Of a DNA stretch of 64,000 bases, positions 1 through 10,198 are shown one piece after another. The notes beneath the pieces were generated by a model. It had not been told where the DNA came from. It searched no databases and worked only from the letters and a program-made list of their open reading frames with translations. A program made the position numbers and the translations under genes. Source of the DNA: Minisyncoccota bacterium (GTDB lineage Bacteria; Patescibacteriota; Minisyncoccia; Phycocordibacterales; JABMNX01); contig JBBDOU010000013.1 in the NCBI GenBank assembly GCA_040876885.1, forward strand, positions 6,033 to 70,032. Reading direction: 5' to 3'. How positions within the stretch are numbered: position 1 is the first letter of the stretch; every line of letters begins with the position of its first letter.

Positions 1-126
1 TTTGGTGGCAGTGACTCAAGTAGCGGTTTTCACACACGGCGCGGTTTTGAAAAGGTCTTGTTTAACGTGTCTATAGCACTCGCGATTCTTTTTGTTCTCT
101 CAGCGTTTCTTGCGCTTCTTATCTAA
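1..126 (+). CDS. secG: Preprotein translocase subunit SecG, 3' part (truncated by window start)
   Basis: Frame 1 reads FGGSDSSSGFHTRRGFEKVLFNVSIALAILFVLSAFLALLI-TAA; the FGG...TRRGxEK motif plus terminal TM helix is typical of SecG. Confidence 0.85.
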   Translation, partial: FGGSDSSSGFHTRRGFEKVLFNVSIALAILFVLSAFLALLI

Positions 127-191
127 TGTCATTTTTAATATACGTGTAATTAATACGAGCTGGTTATTCAAACTCTATTCTAAAAATCTTC

Positions 192-1976
192 GTGTTTTTT
201 CACGGAGCAATTCTTGTGAAAGATTCTATACACAACTCAATACAAAAAACTAAACTCTTGTTTAAAAAGCGTTTTGTTTTTTCTCACACAACTGAGCTTG
301 AAGGTGTTGTGTCTTCACTATCCACATCAGAGAAACTTCTCTTCTGGGTACTTGTTGGCGTGCTTATTTTAAGCACGCTGAGCCTCTTTTCTAAGGCGAA
401 CGATTCTTTTCTTACTCAGATTGAAGCACGTGGAGGTAGTTTTACTGAAGGAATTGTTGGTTCTCCTCGCTTTATTAACCCTGTACTTGCTCTTTCTGAT
501 GCAGACCGAGACATTGTCTCTTTAGTGTATTCAGGACTCTTAAAAGCAACTCCTGACGGAGACCTTATTGAAGACCTTGCAGAAAGCTATAGTGTCTCAG
601 AAGATGAGCGTTCATATGATTTTGTACTAAAAGAAGGTGTTGTATTCCATGATGGAAAGCCAGTGACGGTTGACGACGTTATATTTACGATTAGTAAAAC
701 ACTTGATACGACACTTAAAAGTGCGCAACGCGCTAATTGGGATGGAGTAGTTGTTCAGAAGATTGATGACCGTACGGTGCGATTTACACTCGCGCACCCA
801 TACGCACCCTTCCTTCAAAATATGACGCTTGGTATTTTACCAAAGCATATATGGCAAAATATCGACTCAGAACAATTCCCTTTTAGTGGAGTAAACACCG
901 CGCCTATTGGCTCTGGTCCATACAAAATAGATTCAGTAAAAAAGAACTCCTCGGACATACCTGAGATGTATACGCTAAAATCTTTTAAAAACTACGCACT
1001 AGGACAACCATTTATCAATAAAATCACTTTACGGTTTTATCAAAACGAAGCAAGTCTTGTTTCTGCGTTCGACAAAGGAACTATCGACTCAATGAACAGT
1101 GTTTCTCCAGAAGCAATCGCACATATTAATCAAGAGCGAATTCAGACGACACCACTACCCCGAATCTTTGCTGTATTCTTTAATCAAAACACCGCGCAAA
1201 TCTTTTCACATAAAGAAGTCCGTAGTGCACTTGATACCGCTGTCGACAAAAACATGCTTATCCAGAAAGCACTGACTGGTTACGGGACTGTTATCGATAG
1301 CCCTATTCCTCCTCAAAGCATCGACAGAGCCATTCCACTTTCGTTTAATGACGAGACCCTAGACCGAGTCGAAGAAGCAAAATCAATACTGCTAAAAAAC
1401 AAATGGAAGTTTGACGAAGAAGCTGGGGTGTGGGTCTCTCCTGACAATCAACCACTGCGGTTCTCTATTGCAACCTCAAATGTTCCTGAATTAAAAGCAG
1501 TTGCTGGTATACTTAAATCTACATGGGAATCAGTTGGTGCAGTGGTAGAGATTAAAGTCTTTGAAGCTGGTAATCTCAATCAGAACATTATCAGAACACG
1601 AGAGTACGACGCACTCCTTTTTGGAGAAGTAATTGGACGAGAGCTTGACCTATTTGCCTTCTGGCACTCTTCACAAAGAAATGACCCTGGGCTTAACATT
1701 GCGCTCTACGCAAACATCACGGCTGATCGACTGCTTGAGGAAGGGCGTACGTTACTCGATGCAGATCTCCGTGATAAAACATATTTAGAGTTTGAAAAAG
1801 AAATTAAAAAAGACGTACCTGCAATTTTCCTCTATTCTCCAGACTTTATTTACATACCACCAAAATTTGTTCAAGGAATCTCTCTTGGTTCAGTAACCAC
1901 TGCAGGAGACAGGTTCCTCGCTATACATACGTGGTACGTGCGAACGGACAAGGTATGGAGCATATTCTCTCAATAA
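192..1976 (+). CDS. ABC transporter substrate-binding protein, family 5 (peptide/nickel), membrane-anchored
   Basis: N-terminal TM; LAESY...FHDGKPVTVDDVIFT and PIGSGPY motifs of SBP_bac_5; true start may be 216. Confidence 0.85.
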   Translation: MFFHGAILVKDSIHNSIQKTKLLFKKRFVFSHTTELEGVVSSLSTSEKLLFWVLVGVLILSTLSLFSKANDSFLTQIEARGGSFTEGIVGSPRFINPVLALSDADRDIVSLVYSGLLKATPDGDLIEDLAESYSVSEDERSYDFVLKEGVVFHDGKPVTVDDVIFTISKTLDTTLKSAQRANWDGVVVQKIDDRTVRFTLAHPYAPFLQNMTLGILPKHIWQNIDSEQFPFSGVNTAPIGSGPYKIDSVKKNSSDIPEMYTLKSFKNYALGQPFINKITLRFYQNEASLVSAFDKGTIDSMNSVSPEAIAHINQERIQTTPLPRIFAVFFNQNTAQIFSHKEVRSALDTAVDKNMLIQKALTGYGTVIDSPIPPQSIDRAIPLSFNDETLDRVEEAKSILLKNKWKFDEEAGVWVSPDNQPLRFSIATSNVPELKAVAGILKSTWESVGAVVEIKVFEAGNLNQNIIRTREYDALLFGEVIGRELDLFAFWHSSQRNDPGLNIALYANITADRLLEEGRTLLDADLRDKTYLEFEKEIKKDVPAIFLYSPDFIYIPPKFVQGISLGSVTTAGDRFLAIHTWYVRTDKVWSIFSQ

Positions 1977-2026
1977 AGATTAATAATAAAAAAAATTACA
2001 CACAATAATTTAGTAACAACATTACA

Positions 2027-3877
2027 ATGACACCTAAAAAAAATACACCAACAAATAAAACACGAACATCTCAAAGAAAGTCTTCATCTCGAAGCTCTTC
2101 TCGTTCTCCAAAAAAAGTGCAACGGAAACAAGCAACCACGAGTAAAAAAATGGTACACCGAGCCTCTACACATACTCGTGGAGATAGCGACCGAGAGAAA
2201 ATTCCTGAAATAATCGATGGAGTTCGTATCATCCCCCTTGGAGGAGTTGAAGAAGTAGGACGAAATATGACGGTGATTGAAACAGACGAAGATATTATTG
2301 TTGTTGATGCGGGATTCCAATTCACCGCAGAAGAATCCCCTGGAGTTGACTACATTCTCCCCAACACACGATACCTTGAAGAGAGAAAACATAAAATCAG
2401 AGCAATCCTCATTACTCATGGTCACTTAGACCATATCGGAGGTATTCCCTTTATTCTTGACCGTATTGGAAACCCCCCCATCTATACAGGAGAGCTTACT
2501 GCAATCATGATCAAGCGACGTGCAACAGAGTTTGTTGGTGTCGAACACAATGTGCAGGTTCTTAACCCTAATGTTCCCTTAACATTAGGTACCCTCAAGG
2601 TTCGAACATTCCCAGTAACGCACTCTATTCCCGACTCAACTGGTATTATCGTAGAAACAAAATACGGAAACGTTGTATTAAGTGGTGACTTAAAGCTTGA
2701 GCATGCCGATGGAACCCCAACTGCCGCAGAACAAAAAGTCTTTGGAGAGATCGGTAAAGGCAATAACCTTATGCTTATTGCCGACTCAACAAACGCAGAG
2801 CGTTCCGGTTTTTCTATTCCCGAACAAAGAGTCTTTGATACGCTCGAAGATATCATTAAAAACACTAAAGGAAGAATGTTTATTGGAACGTTTGCATCGC
2901 AGTTTGAGAGAATGATGCGAATCATTGAAATCTCTGAGTCTCTTGGAAAGAAGATAGTCACCGAAGGACGAAGTATTAAAACAAATCTTGAGATAGCTGA
3001 AATGGCTGGACGCTTAAAAGCAAAAAAAGGGACTATCATTCCTGTACAAGAAATCGACAACTATCCCCCAGACAAAATTGTTATTCTTGTAACGGGTGCG
3101 CAGGGAGAAAAATTTGCAGCGCTCATGCGAATTGCAACAGGACAACATAAATTTATCAAAATGACTAAACGAGACACTGTGGTGCTCTCTTCCTCTGTTA
3201 TTCCAGGAAATGAAATATCAGTACAGAGACTCAAAGATAACCTCTACCGTCATGCTGGTAAAATCATTCACTACCGAACATCCGATGTTCACTCAACAGG
3301 GCACGGTAACTCCGGAGAACTTGTATGGATCAACCAACAAGTTGGTGCTAAGTTCTTTATGCCTGCGTATGGGTACTATTCAATGACTAAATCTCATGCT
3401 GATGCGGTTATCGAATCAGGGTTCCCCGAAAAAAATGTGGTGGTAGCAGACAACGGTACGATTATCGACATCATTAAAGGAGAAGAAATGATCGTGCAAA
3501 AAGCAACCGCTCCTGCAGGGCCTATGATGGTAGACGGTTTCTCAATTGGTGATATGCAAGACGTTGTTATACGTGACCGTAAATCACTCTCCGAAGATGG
3601 TATGTTTGTGGTTATTGCTACGATTAATCTTAAGACAGGAAAACTCCGTAAATCACCTGACATCATCTCAAGAGGATTTGTATACCTCCGTGAATCACAA
3701 GAGCTTCTTCAGCAAGCACGCCTCCTCATCAAGAAAAGTGTTGAGGAATCAACCGAAGGTATGCATCCCATCAACTTTGACATCGTAAAAGATAACATTA
3801 CTGATTCAGTGAGTGCGTACTTGTTCCAAAAGACTAACAAGCACCCGATCGTTATCCCCGTACTGCTTGGTGTATAA
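2027..3877 (+). CDS. rnj: Ribonuclease J
   Basis: PLGGVEEVGRNM, THGHLDHIGG metallo-beta-lactamase motif, HSTGH, C-terminal PIVIPV; basic low-complexity N-terminal extension. Confidence 0.95.
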   Translation: MTPKKNTPTNKTRTSQRKSSSRSSSRSPKKVQRKQATTSKKMVHRASTHTRGDSDREKIPEIIDGVRIIPLGGVEEVGRNMTVIETDEDIIVVDAGFQFTAEESPGVDYILPNTRYLEERKHKIRAILITHGHLDHIGGIPFILDRIGNPPIYTGELTAIMIKRRATEFVGVEHNVQVLNPNVPLTLGTLKVRTFPVTHSIPDSTGIIVETKYGNVVLSGDLKLEHADGTPTAAEQKVFGEIGKGNNLMLIADSTNAERSGFSIPEQRVFDTLEDIIKNTKGRMFIGTFASQFERMMRIIEISESLGKKIVTEGRSIKTNLEIAEMAGRLKAKKGTIIPVQEIDNYPPDKIVILVTGAQGEKFAALMRIATGQHKFIKMTKRDTVVLSSSVIPGNEISVQRLKDNLYRHAGKIIHYRTSDVHSTGHGNSGELVWINQQVGAKFFMPAYGYYSMTKSHADAVIESGFPEKNVVVADNGTIIDIIKGEEMIVQKATAPAGPMMVDGFSIGDMQDVVIRDRKSLSEDGMFVVIATINLKTGKLRKSPDIISRGFVYLRESQELLQQARLLIKKSVEESTEGMHPINFDIVKDNITDSVSAYLFQKTNKHPIVIPVLLGV

Positions 3878-3890
3878 GTAAAAAATACCC

Positions 3891-5075
3891 GTGGACTTTG
3901 TTACAACAAAAAGAACGAGAGCGAACGACCAATTTGGACTCCTGTATATAGTGAACTTTATTGTTTCCTTCCACCTTTTTTTGATTGTGTACTTCAACTC
4001 AAACTTCCTCAGCAACGAAGGACTCTCAGACCGTTCAGTGAGTCTTGTCTACATCATCGGCTCTCTTGTGGGAATCCTCGGGCTCCTTCTTCTTCCAAAA
4101 ATCCTGCACACCTTAGGGGCATACAAAACTGTTCTGACACTTATTTTTATTGAGTTTGTCTTCTTTCTAATACTCGCACTTACAAAAGACCTCTCCACAA
4201 CACTCCTTGCGTTCCTTGGGTATCTGCTCTGTTATCCGCTTATTCTCGTCTGCTTTGATATATTCCTTGAGGGAACAATTAAAAATGAAGATACAACTGG
4301 TGGAATCCGCGCCATCTTCCTCACCGTTACTAATTCGGTGCTCATTATAGCACCGCTTACTGCAGGGTTCCTTTTAAGCGGTGAAAATTTTAGCAGTCTG
4401 TACCTTATAGCAGGATCTTTCCTGATACCACTTTTTGTTATTATCGCATGGTATTTTAAAGACTTTACAGACCCAAAATACTGCCAGATTACATACGGAC
4501 CCACAATAAAAAAATTCTCTAAAGAAAAGAACTTGAGGAACATTTTTATTGCTCATTTCGCGCTCAGATTCTTTTTCTCCTTTATGGTGATTTACACCCC
4601 ACTGTTCCTTCACAACACTATAGGATTCTCCTTCTCTACTATAGGGTTCCTTTTTGCGATTATGCTTCTACCGTTCGTTATTTTTGAAATTCCTCTTGGA
4701 AAAATTGCAGATCGGTGGCTTGGAGAAAAAGAGATTCTTATTGCGGGGCTCCTGATTGCAGGGCTTTCTACAATTGTGATGTCATTTACCACTACCTCAG
4801 TCTTCCTGCTTTGGGCACTCCTCCTCTTTACAACACGGATTGGTGCAAGTGCAATCGAGATAATGACTGAGAGCTTCTTCTTTAAACAGGTTACTGAAAA
4901 TGATGCTGATACAATTAGTCTCTTCAGAATGTTACGGCCACTTGGATATATAGCAGGCCCAGTGCTTGGAGTTATTGGGCTCAGTGTGATGGACATCCAA
5001 TTTATATTTATAATACCCGGCGTTATTCTCTTACTTGGAATACTGTTTGTTTCTCAAATTAAGGACACTAAGTAA
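3891..5075 (+). CDS. MFS transporter
   Basis: About 12 hydrophobic segments; GKIADRWLGEK motif-A-like loop. Confidence 0.85.
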   Translation: MDFVTTKRTRANDQFGLLYIVNFIVSFHLFLIVYFNSNFLSNEGLSDRSVSLVYIIGSLVGILGLLLLPKILHTLGAYKTVLTLIFIEFVFFLILALTKDLSTTLLAFLGYLLCYPLILVCFDIFLEGTIKNEDTTGGIRAIFLTVTNSVLIIAPLTAGFLLSGENFSSLYLIAGSFLIPLFVIIAWYFKDFTDPKYCQITYGPTIKKFSKEKNLRNIFIAHFALRFFFSFMVIYTPLFLHNTIGFSFSTIGFLFAIMLLPFVIFEIPLGKIADRWLGEKEILIAGLLIAGLSTIVMSFTTTSVFLLWALLLFTTRIGASAIEIMTESFFFKQVTENDADTISLFRMLRPLGYIAGPVLGVIGLSVMDIQFIFIIPGVILLLGILFVSQIKDTK

Positions 5076-5874
5076 CGCATATTTTCTTCCTATAATTCTT
5101 AACAAACCCTTCTCCTTGAAGCGCCTTTAACTGTGTCCGAATACGGGATTTTTCATATAGATCAAGAGTCTGTAAAAGTTTCAACTCGGTAATCCCTCCG
5201 CTTGATTCGAGCACTGTCTTCAAAATACTTCCTCGTATCTGACGGTCTGAATCTTTAAACGTGCTTTGTTTTGTATAATATTTACTTTTTCGACTTGGAT
5301 TTCCCTCCTTCTTAAGCATCGATCCATAATCCATCAGTGCGTAGTACCACTCTCTTGGGTTTGCCACATCTTGTGTCTTTCTCACACATGCTCGTATCTC
5401 TGTATCCGATACAGATTCAGATTTCTTAAAAAAGAAATGTATATAGACACTTCGTACGTTTGTCTCAATAAGAACCTCTGAAGTATTATATGCGAACACA
5501 CAAATAGCTCCTGCGGTATAGTCACCAATCCCAGGGAGCTTGATTAATGCTTCTTTCGTCTTAGGGATTTTGCCACCGTGTACCTCCATGACACGCACTG
5601 CTGTTTCATGAAGCATCTTTGCTCTACGGTTATATCCAAGTCCCTGCCAACATACAAGCACCTCTTTGAGTGATGCCTTTGCTAACGCCTCTAGAGTTGG
5701 GAATGTCTTAAGGAAGTTCTTATATTTAGGTACAACGCGGTCAACTTGTGTTTGTTGAAGCATTATTTCTGAGACAAGAATCCGATACGGATTTTTTGTA
5801 GTACGCCAAGGGAGCTTCCTGCCAGACTGATAGTAATGGTTCCAAATCTTATTTTGAAAAACTTCCTTTGTCAT
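5068..5874 (-). CDS. mutY: A/G-specific adenine glycosylase MutY (short form)
   Basis: LPWR...PYRILVSEIMLQQTQV, WQGLGYNRRA, HhH motif LPGIGDYTA; ATG at 5874 preferred over ORF-track start. Confidence 0.9.
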   Translation of the reverse strand: MTKEVFQNKIWNHYYQSGRKLPWRTTKNPYRILVSEIMLQQTQVDRVVPKYKNFLKTFPTLEALAKASLKEVLVCWQGLGYNRRAKMLHETAVRVMEVHGGKIPKTKEALIKLPGIGDYTAGAICVFAYNTSEVLIETNVRSVYIHFFFKKSESVSDTEIRACVRKTQDVANPREWYYALMDYGSMLKKEGNPSRKSKYYTKQSTFKDSDRQIRGSILKTVLESSGGITELKLLQTLDLYEKSRIRTQLKALQGEGFVKNYRKKICVT

Positions 5875-5875
5875 A

Positions 5876-5995
5876 CTATAAGAAGTACCGCAACATATCA
5901 CCAAGATACAGAGCAAGTGCTTTCCCAAAGATAATAACTACACCAATGAGTATGCTGAGACCAATGAGTTTTTTTATCGGCAATTTCTTCTTCAT
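5876..5995 (-). CDS. Putative 39-aa single-pass membrane protein (not in ORF track)
   Basis: MKKKLPIKKLIGLSILIGVVIIFGKALALYLGDMLRYFL-TAG fills the gap between the pspC stop (5998) and the mutY start (5874). Confidence 0.55.
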   Translation of the reverse strand: MKKKLPIKKLIGLSILIGVVIIFGKALALYLGDMLRYFL

Positions 5996-5997
5996 GT

Positions 5998-6252
5998 TTA
6001 TTTTTTACCTGAGTACCCTGAAACCTCTATAACCGTGTGTTGTAAACCATTTTCAACCATAGGCTTCTTAGGAATAATGAACATAGCGATACAATAGATG
6101 AGAACCCCAGGAAGAACACCACTAAAAATAGTTACCATAACCCACCCGAGTCTTAATATTGTTGAGTCCATATCAATGTATTCTCCAAGACCACCGCAAA
6201 CTCCTGCGATATACCGGTCACTTCTTGATCTATATACTTTTTGAATTCCCAT
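5998..6252 (-). CDS. pspC: PspC domain protein
   Basis: YRSRSDRYIAGVCGGLGEY followed by TM helix. Confidence 0.9.
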   Translation of the reverse strand: MGIQKVYRSRSDRYIAGVCGGLGEYIDMDSTILRLGWVMVTIFSGVLPGVLIYCIAMFIIPKKPMVENGLQHTVIEVSGYSGKK

Positions 6253-6257
6253 AATTT

Positions 6258-6941
6258 TTATAATGAATATATTACATCTTTACGTTCTACAATAACTTTC
6301 CACCCCTGTCGCTTTGCGTGCGTATACAACATACTATTTGGGTTAAAACAGATAGGTTCTTCGACTAATTCTAGAAGTGGAATATCGCCCTCGGTATCTC
6401 CCACCCCAATTGAACCTGCAAGAGAAAGCCCTTCCTTCTCGAGAGCTCTGTGGACAATATTCGCTTTGTTCATTATGAGATGTTCATCAATAATGACCCC
6501 TGTGAAAAGGTCTTGTGGACCTATTTCATAAATCCGCCCATACACTTTATCAAAGCCAAGATTCTTGCAAAATGCATCAACTGCAGTCTTTGGAGATTGC
6601 GATATCGCAAGTAAGAAATAACCATCTTTTTTAAGTGTCTGTATTAAGTCTCTTGTATATCGATATACTCGCTTCTGCTGTTTCTCTACAATCAAATCAA
6701 CAATGTCACTAAATACACTGTAGTGGACACCTTTTATGTGTTTCATAAAAGTCTTCACCACTGCATTAACATACGCTTCATACTCACTCTCTCGCTCAAA
6801 CCACTCTTTATACTCACTTTCATATTCTTGGGATACTCCTTTTGGAAACACTCCTTTCTCAATCATTGTCTCTACAAGTTCAATAACCATACTGGAACGA
6901 AATATGGTTCCATCGACATCAAAAATAGCTACTTTTTTCAT
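6258..6941 (-). CDS. HAD-IB family phosphatase
   Basis: FDVDGT motif I; GDTEGDIPLL motif IV; FNP...GW C-terminus. Confidence 0.9.
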   Translation of the reverse strand: MKKVAIFDVDGTIFRSSMVIELVETMIEKGVFPKGVSQEYESEYKEWFERESEYEAYVNAVVKTFMKHIKGVHYSVFSDIVDLIVEKQQKRVYRYTRDLIQTLKKDGYFLLAISQSPKTAVDAFCKNLGFDKVYGRIYEIGPQDLFTGVIIDEHLIMNKANIVHRALEKEGLSLAGSIGVGDTEGDIPLLELVEEPICFNPNSMLYTHAKRQGWKVIVERKDVIYSL

Positions 6942-6995
6942 AAATCTATAGTAGCATATCTGCCGTATGAAGATGCACTCCAGTATATATACTCC

Positions 6996-7664
6996 TTAAT
7001 GAGATAACGGCCATATCGTGTTGGCTTGTGGATACAGTTTTGTGAGCGGGTGTTCTGTGCAGTCATGCGTACGTGCAGGGCAAATATAGCGACCATACAT
7101 GACCATCTGGTGATTTACATACTGCCAATCTTTTTTAGGAATCAACTCCATAAGGTCTTTCTCAATACGAACCGGGTCTTTGTGGTCAGTTAAATTGAGG
7201 CGAAGCGCAAGTCTTCGCACATGTGTATCAACTGCAATACCTTCGTAAATTCCATAAGCACTTCCAAGCACCACGTTCGCGGTCTTTCGGGCAACTCCGG
7301 GTATTGTAAGCATTTCATGCATCGTCTGAGGAATCTTTCCGTTAAATGTATGTGCTACGACATGAGCTGCTCCGAGTATATTTTTTGCTTTGTTCCTAAA
7401 AAAACCAGTGGGTCTGATGTCCTGCTCAAATTCTTCTTGTGTGGCAGTTAGGTAATCATCAAGCTTTTTATACTTTTTAAAAAGGGTCTTTGTCACTTCG
7501 TTAACACGCTTATCAGTACACTGTGCTGAAAGTATAACCGCAATTAAAAGCTCCCAGTTATTCTTATAATTGAGTTCAATTTTAGAATCCGGATAAAGTC
7601 TCCGGAGTATCGTAACCATTTTTTTAGCTCTAATAACCCGCGCTCTTTTTTTATCTACATCCAT
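6996..7664 (-). CDS. nth: Endonuclease III
   Basis: LIAVILSAQCTDKRVN, HhH motif PGVARKTANVV, AVDTHVRR. Confidence 0.95.
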   Translation of the reverse strand: MDVDKKRARVIRAKKMVTILRRLYPDSKIELNYKNNWELLIAVILSAQCTDKRVNEVTKTLFKKYKKLDDYLTATQEEFEQDIRPTGFFRNKAKNILGAAHVVAHTFNGKIPQTMHEMLTIPGVARKTANVVLGSAYGIYEGIAVDTHVRRLALRLNLTDHKDPVRIEKDLMELIPKKDWQYVNHQMVMYGRYICPARTHDCTEHPLTKLYPQANTIWPLSH

Positions 7665-7954
7665 TGAAGACTATGGTAACACATCACCAAGGGGTGATTG
7701 TTACTAAAAAAAGATGGTCGTCATGTATGGCGGCCACCTCAGTGAAACAGTCGTTTTGGTTGATTGTCAGTCGGTTGGATGTGGTCCATCGACTGGATGT
7801 TCATTGTAATCCTTCAAGGTAGTCATCATTAATCTCCCATACTGTGTCTCACAATACCTTCAGTATACAAGCAAGTCTTGACAAAGGTAAAGAAAAGTTA
7901 TCCACCTTTTATTGTGTGTGCATTCCTGTGGAAAAACTGAGGAAAACTTGTGTA

Positions 7955-8686
7955 TTATCCCTCGTGCGCATCTTTATTTTGCACATCTTCAACTTTTGCC
8001 TCTTCTATTTCCACCTTCTTGTCTTCTACTTTAATAGCGTCCTCTGCTATCTTCCGTTTTTTATGGACATCCATAAGGGAGAAACTCACCATACCTGCAA
8101 ACACAATACCAGTAACATTGATTAAAAAGAGAACAAACGCTCCTGAAACCACATCCCAATCTAGTCTCGCAATTCCAATACCAACTACAGAAAGTGGGGG
8201 TATAAGCGCAACTGACACTGCGACCCCTGGAAGAGTATCTGAGAGCTCTGGTTTCACCAGAGAATACGATACGGCGATTCCTGAGACAATTGCAATTGCA
8301 AAAAAGATAAGGTTCGGTTCTATTCGTGCAATGATTTCGCCAGTCATATACACTTCTTTTGAAAAAAATAATGTCGCAAGTATTGCACTTCCTATCCCAA
8401 TAACAACCGCCTTAATGAGTGTATAAAAAGATCTTCCAATAAGGTTGTAGTCAGACAAAGAAATCCCAAGGGAGAGACTGAGCACTGGGTGGAGTATTGG
8501 TGCAATAAGCATACTTCCGATAACAATAGCTGGGCTATCAAGAAGCATTCCAAATGTTGCCATTAGGATGGAGAGGGTCACCATTAAGAAAAAATCAAAA
8601 CTTGGGGTACTGTCAGCAATTAATTGTTTAATCGCGCGTGTCTTATCTGCTTCCCCAACTACTCTAAAATGTGAAATAAACGCCAT
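7955..8686 (-). CDS. DUF389/TIGR00341-like membrane protein
   Basis: DSPAIVIGSMLIAP and LPGVAVSVALIPPL motifs. Confidence 0.85.
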   Translation of the reverse strand: MAFISHFRVVGEADKTRAIKQLIADSTPSFDFFLMVTLSILMATFGMLLDSPAIVIGSMLIAPILHPVLSLSLGISLSDYNLIGRSFYTLIKAVVIGIGSAILATLFFSKEVYMTGEIIARIEPNLIFFAIAIVSGIAVSYSLVKPELSDTLPGVAVSVALIPPLSVVGIGIARLDWDVVSGAFVLFLINVTGIVFAGMVSFSLMDVHKKRKIAEDAIKVEDKKVEIEEAKVEDVQNKDAHEG

Positions 8687-8715
8687 ACGTATGAAAAGTA
8701 TATCATACAACTTTC

Positions 8716-9204
8716 CTAAATTGCACATGACCCTCCCCCGTTCTTTTCCACATACTGCTGATGATACTCTTCTGCTTCAAAAAATTCAGGAGCCTTTGTT
8801 ATTTCTGTTCTAATATTTTTATTTTGCGTATATGTGTTAGAGAGTGCAAGAGTATTCTTTGATTCCTCTGCTATTTCTTTTTGTGCATTATTACGATAGA
8901 AAATCGCCGAACGATATTGCGTCCCGACATCAGGACCTTGTCTATTGTGTTGCGTTGGGTCATGAAGTTTCCAAAATACCTCAAGGAGGTCTTTATACGA
9001 TATCTTTTCTGTGTCAAATGTTACCGCTACTGCCTCGGCGTGCCCTGTGTCACCACCGCAGACATCACTATAGGTTGGGTTTTGCGTATGCCCTCCTATA
9101 TAACCCACTCGTGTATCAACGACGCCTTCGGTCTTCCTAAAGACATCTTCTACTCCCCAGAAACACCCAGCTGCAAATACTGCCTTCTCTAATGTAAGAC
9201 TCAT
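8716..9204 (-). CDS. msrA: Peptide methionine sulfoxide reductase A
   Basis: GCFWGVE, HDPTQ.NRQGPDVGTQYRS, AEEYHQQY. Confidence 0.97.
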   Translation of the reverse strand: MSLTLEKAVFAAGCFWGVEDVFRKTEGVVDTRVGYIGGHTQNPTYSDVCGGDTGHAEAVAVTFDTEKISYKDLLEVFWKLHDPTQHNRQGPDVGTQYRSAIFYRNNAQKEIAEESKNTLALSNTYTQNKNIRTEITKAPEFFEAEEYHQQYVEKNGGGSCAI

Positions 9205-9225
9205 AAATACTGTATATACTCCACG

Positions 9226-9969
9226 CTAAAACTCACACGTATACGCACATACTTGTGCGCATATTTGATCTGCCGCACAGAGTGAGCCACACGCATTAAA
9301 TGTACCACCTTGTAACGCACAGTGTTGAATAAAAGGTTCTTCGGGAAATCCTTGATTGGTCGTGTAAATAATCCGTGTAGAGGTTTCCTCCTGGATTGGC
9401 ACCAAACCCACGTCCTTAAACATAATGGGAATCTCAAGAGCATCATCGTGCTCTGGTAGGGCCGAAGGATTATCCTTCTTTAAGATAAGTACACCGTTAC
9501 TGCCATACACAGGGGTCTCGAATTCTATTGTAGCGGTAAATGGAACAAATTCTTCTGTCATCCAATCCCCTTCAGCGGTAGCATAATGTTCACCAATAAT
9601 AAGACCGTCCCAGTTAGTGATAGTTATCGGAAACGACCCTTCAAAAAACCAATACCCACGAGCTTCACCTTGAATCGTAAGTGGACTAACTATTTCTTGA
9701 TTTGGTTGTGGCGTATAGAGACGAATAAGATTTCCCTTACCTGATTCATCTCCTATATTTTCAGTAAAATGTAGTCCATCTTTTGTGGTGCACTGGCGAG
9801 GGTAACTTTCCATAACAGAATTCCCGAGAGCAACACACTCCTCAAAGGATGTTGCGGGAACAGTTTCATTTTTTGATGTGCGGTATTGAACATACATACC
9901 AACGATAAGGAATACTAAGAAGAATCCGAGTAATAGCCGAGTGCGCTTTGTGTGAAATGCCATAAACAT
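9226..9969 (-). CDS. Membrane-anchored surface protein with Ig-like (Gmad2-like) domain and Cys-rich repeats
   Basis: TM; SFEECVALGNSVMESYPRQC; GEARGYWFFEGSFP...DNPS; Cys-rich C-terminus. Confidence 0.7.
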   Translation of the reverse strand: MFMAFHTKRTRLLLGFFLVFLIVGMYVQYRTSKNETVPATSFEECVALGNSVMESYPRQCTTKDGLHFTENIGDESGKGNLIRLYTPQPNQEIVSPLTIQGEARGYWFFEGSFPITITNWDGLIIGEHYATAEGDWMTEEFVPFTATIEFETPVYGSNGVLILKKDNPSALPEHDDALEIPIMFKDVGLVPIQEETSTRIIYTTNQGFPEEPFIQHCALQGGTFNACGSLCAADQICAQVCAYTCEF

Positions 9970-10019
9970 ATGTCCTTGTAGTATATCTAAAGTACAGCGC
10001 TTTGAACATAAGGAGGAGA

Positions 10020-10048
10020 TTGACAAATACCTTAAGATATATTACTAT
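10020..10048 (+). promoter_or_regulatory. Sigma70-type promoter of the DEAD-box helicase gene
   Basis: TTGACA-17 nt-TACTAT about 150 nt upstream of ATG 10199. Confidence 0.65.
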
Positions 10049-10198
10049 ATACATAAGCTTTTGAATCTCTATCTTTTAATTTCGAAATGAGGCTCCAGAG
10101 TCACAGACGCTCGTCTTGTAGCAGAAAAACTAGACCTCACGTTTGAATTACTAACTACAGCAAAGAAACGCACGCGTTTCTTTTAATTATAGATATAC

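Noticed and set aside
7700-7940. Possible sRNA or 41-aa ORF and DnaA-box-like sites (TTATCCACC near 7897)
   Set aside because: Hairpins give conflicting strand signals, and the DnaA-like boxes are isolated (also near 23547 and 35137) with no dnaA or cluster to support an origin
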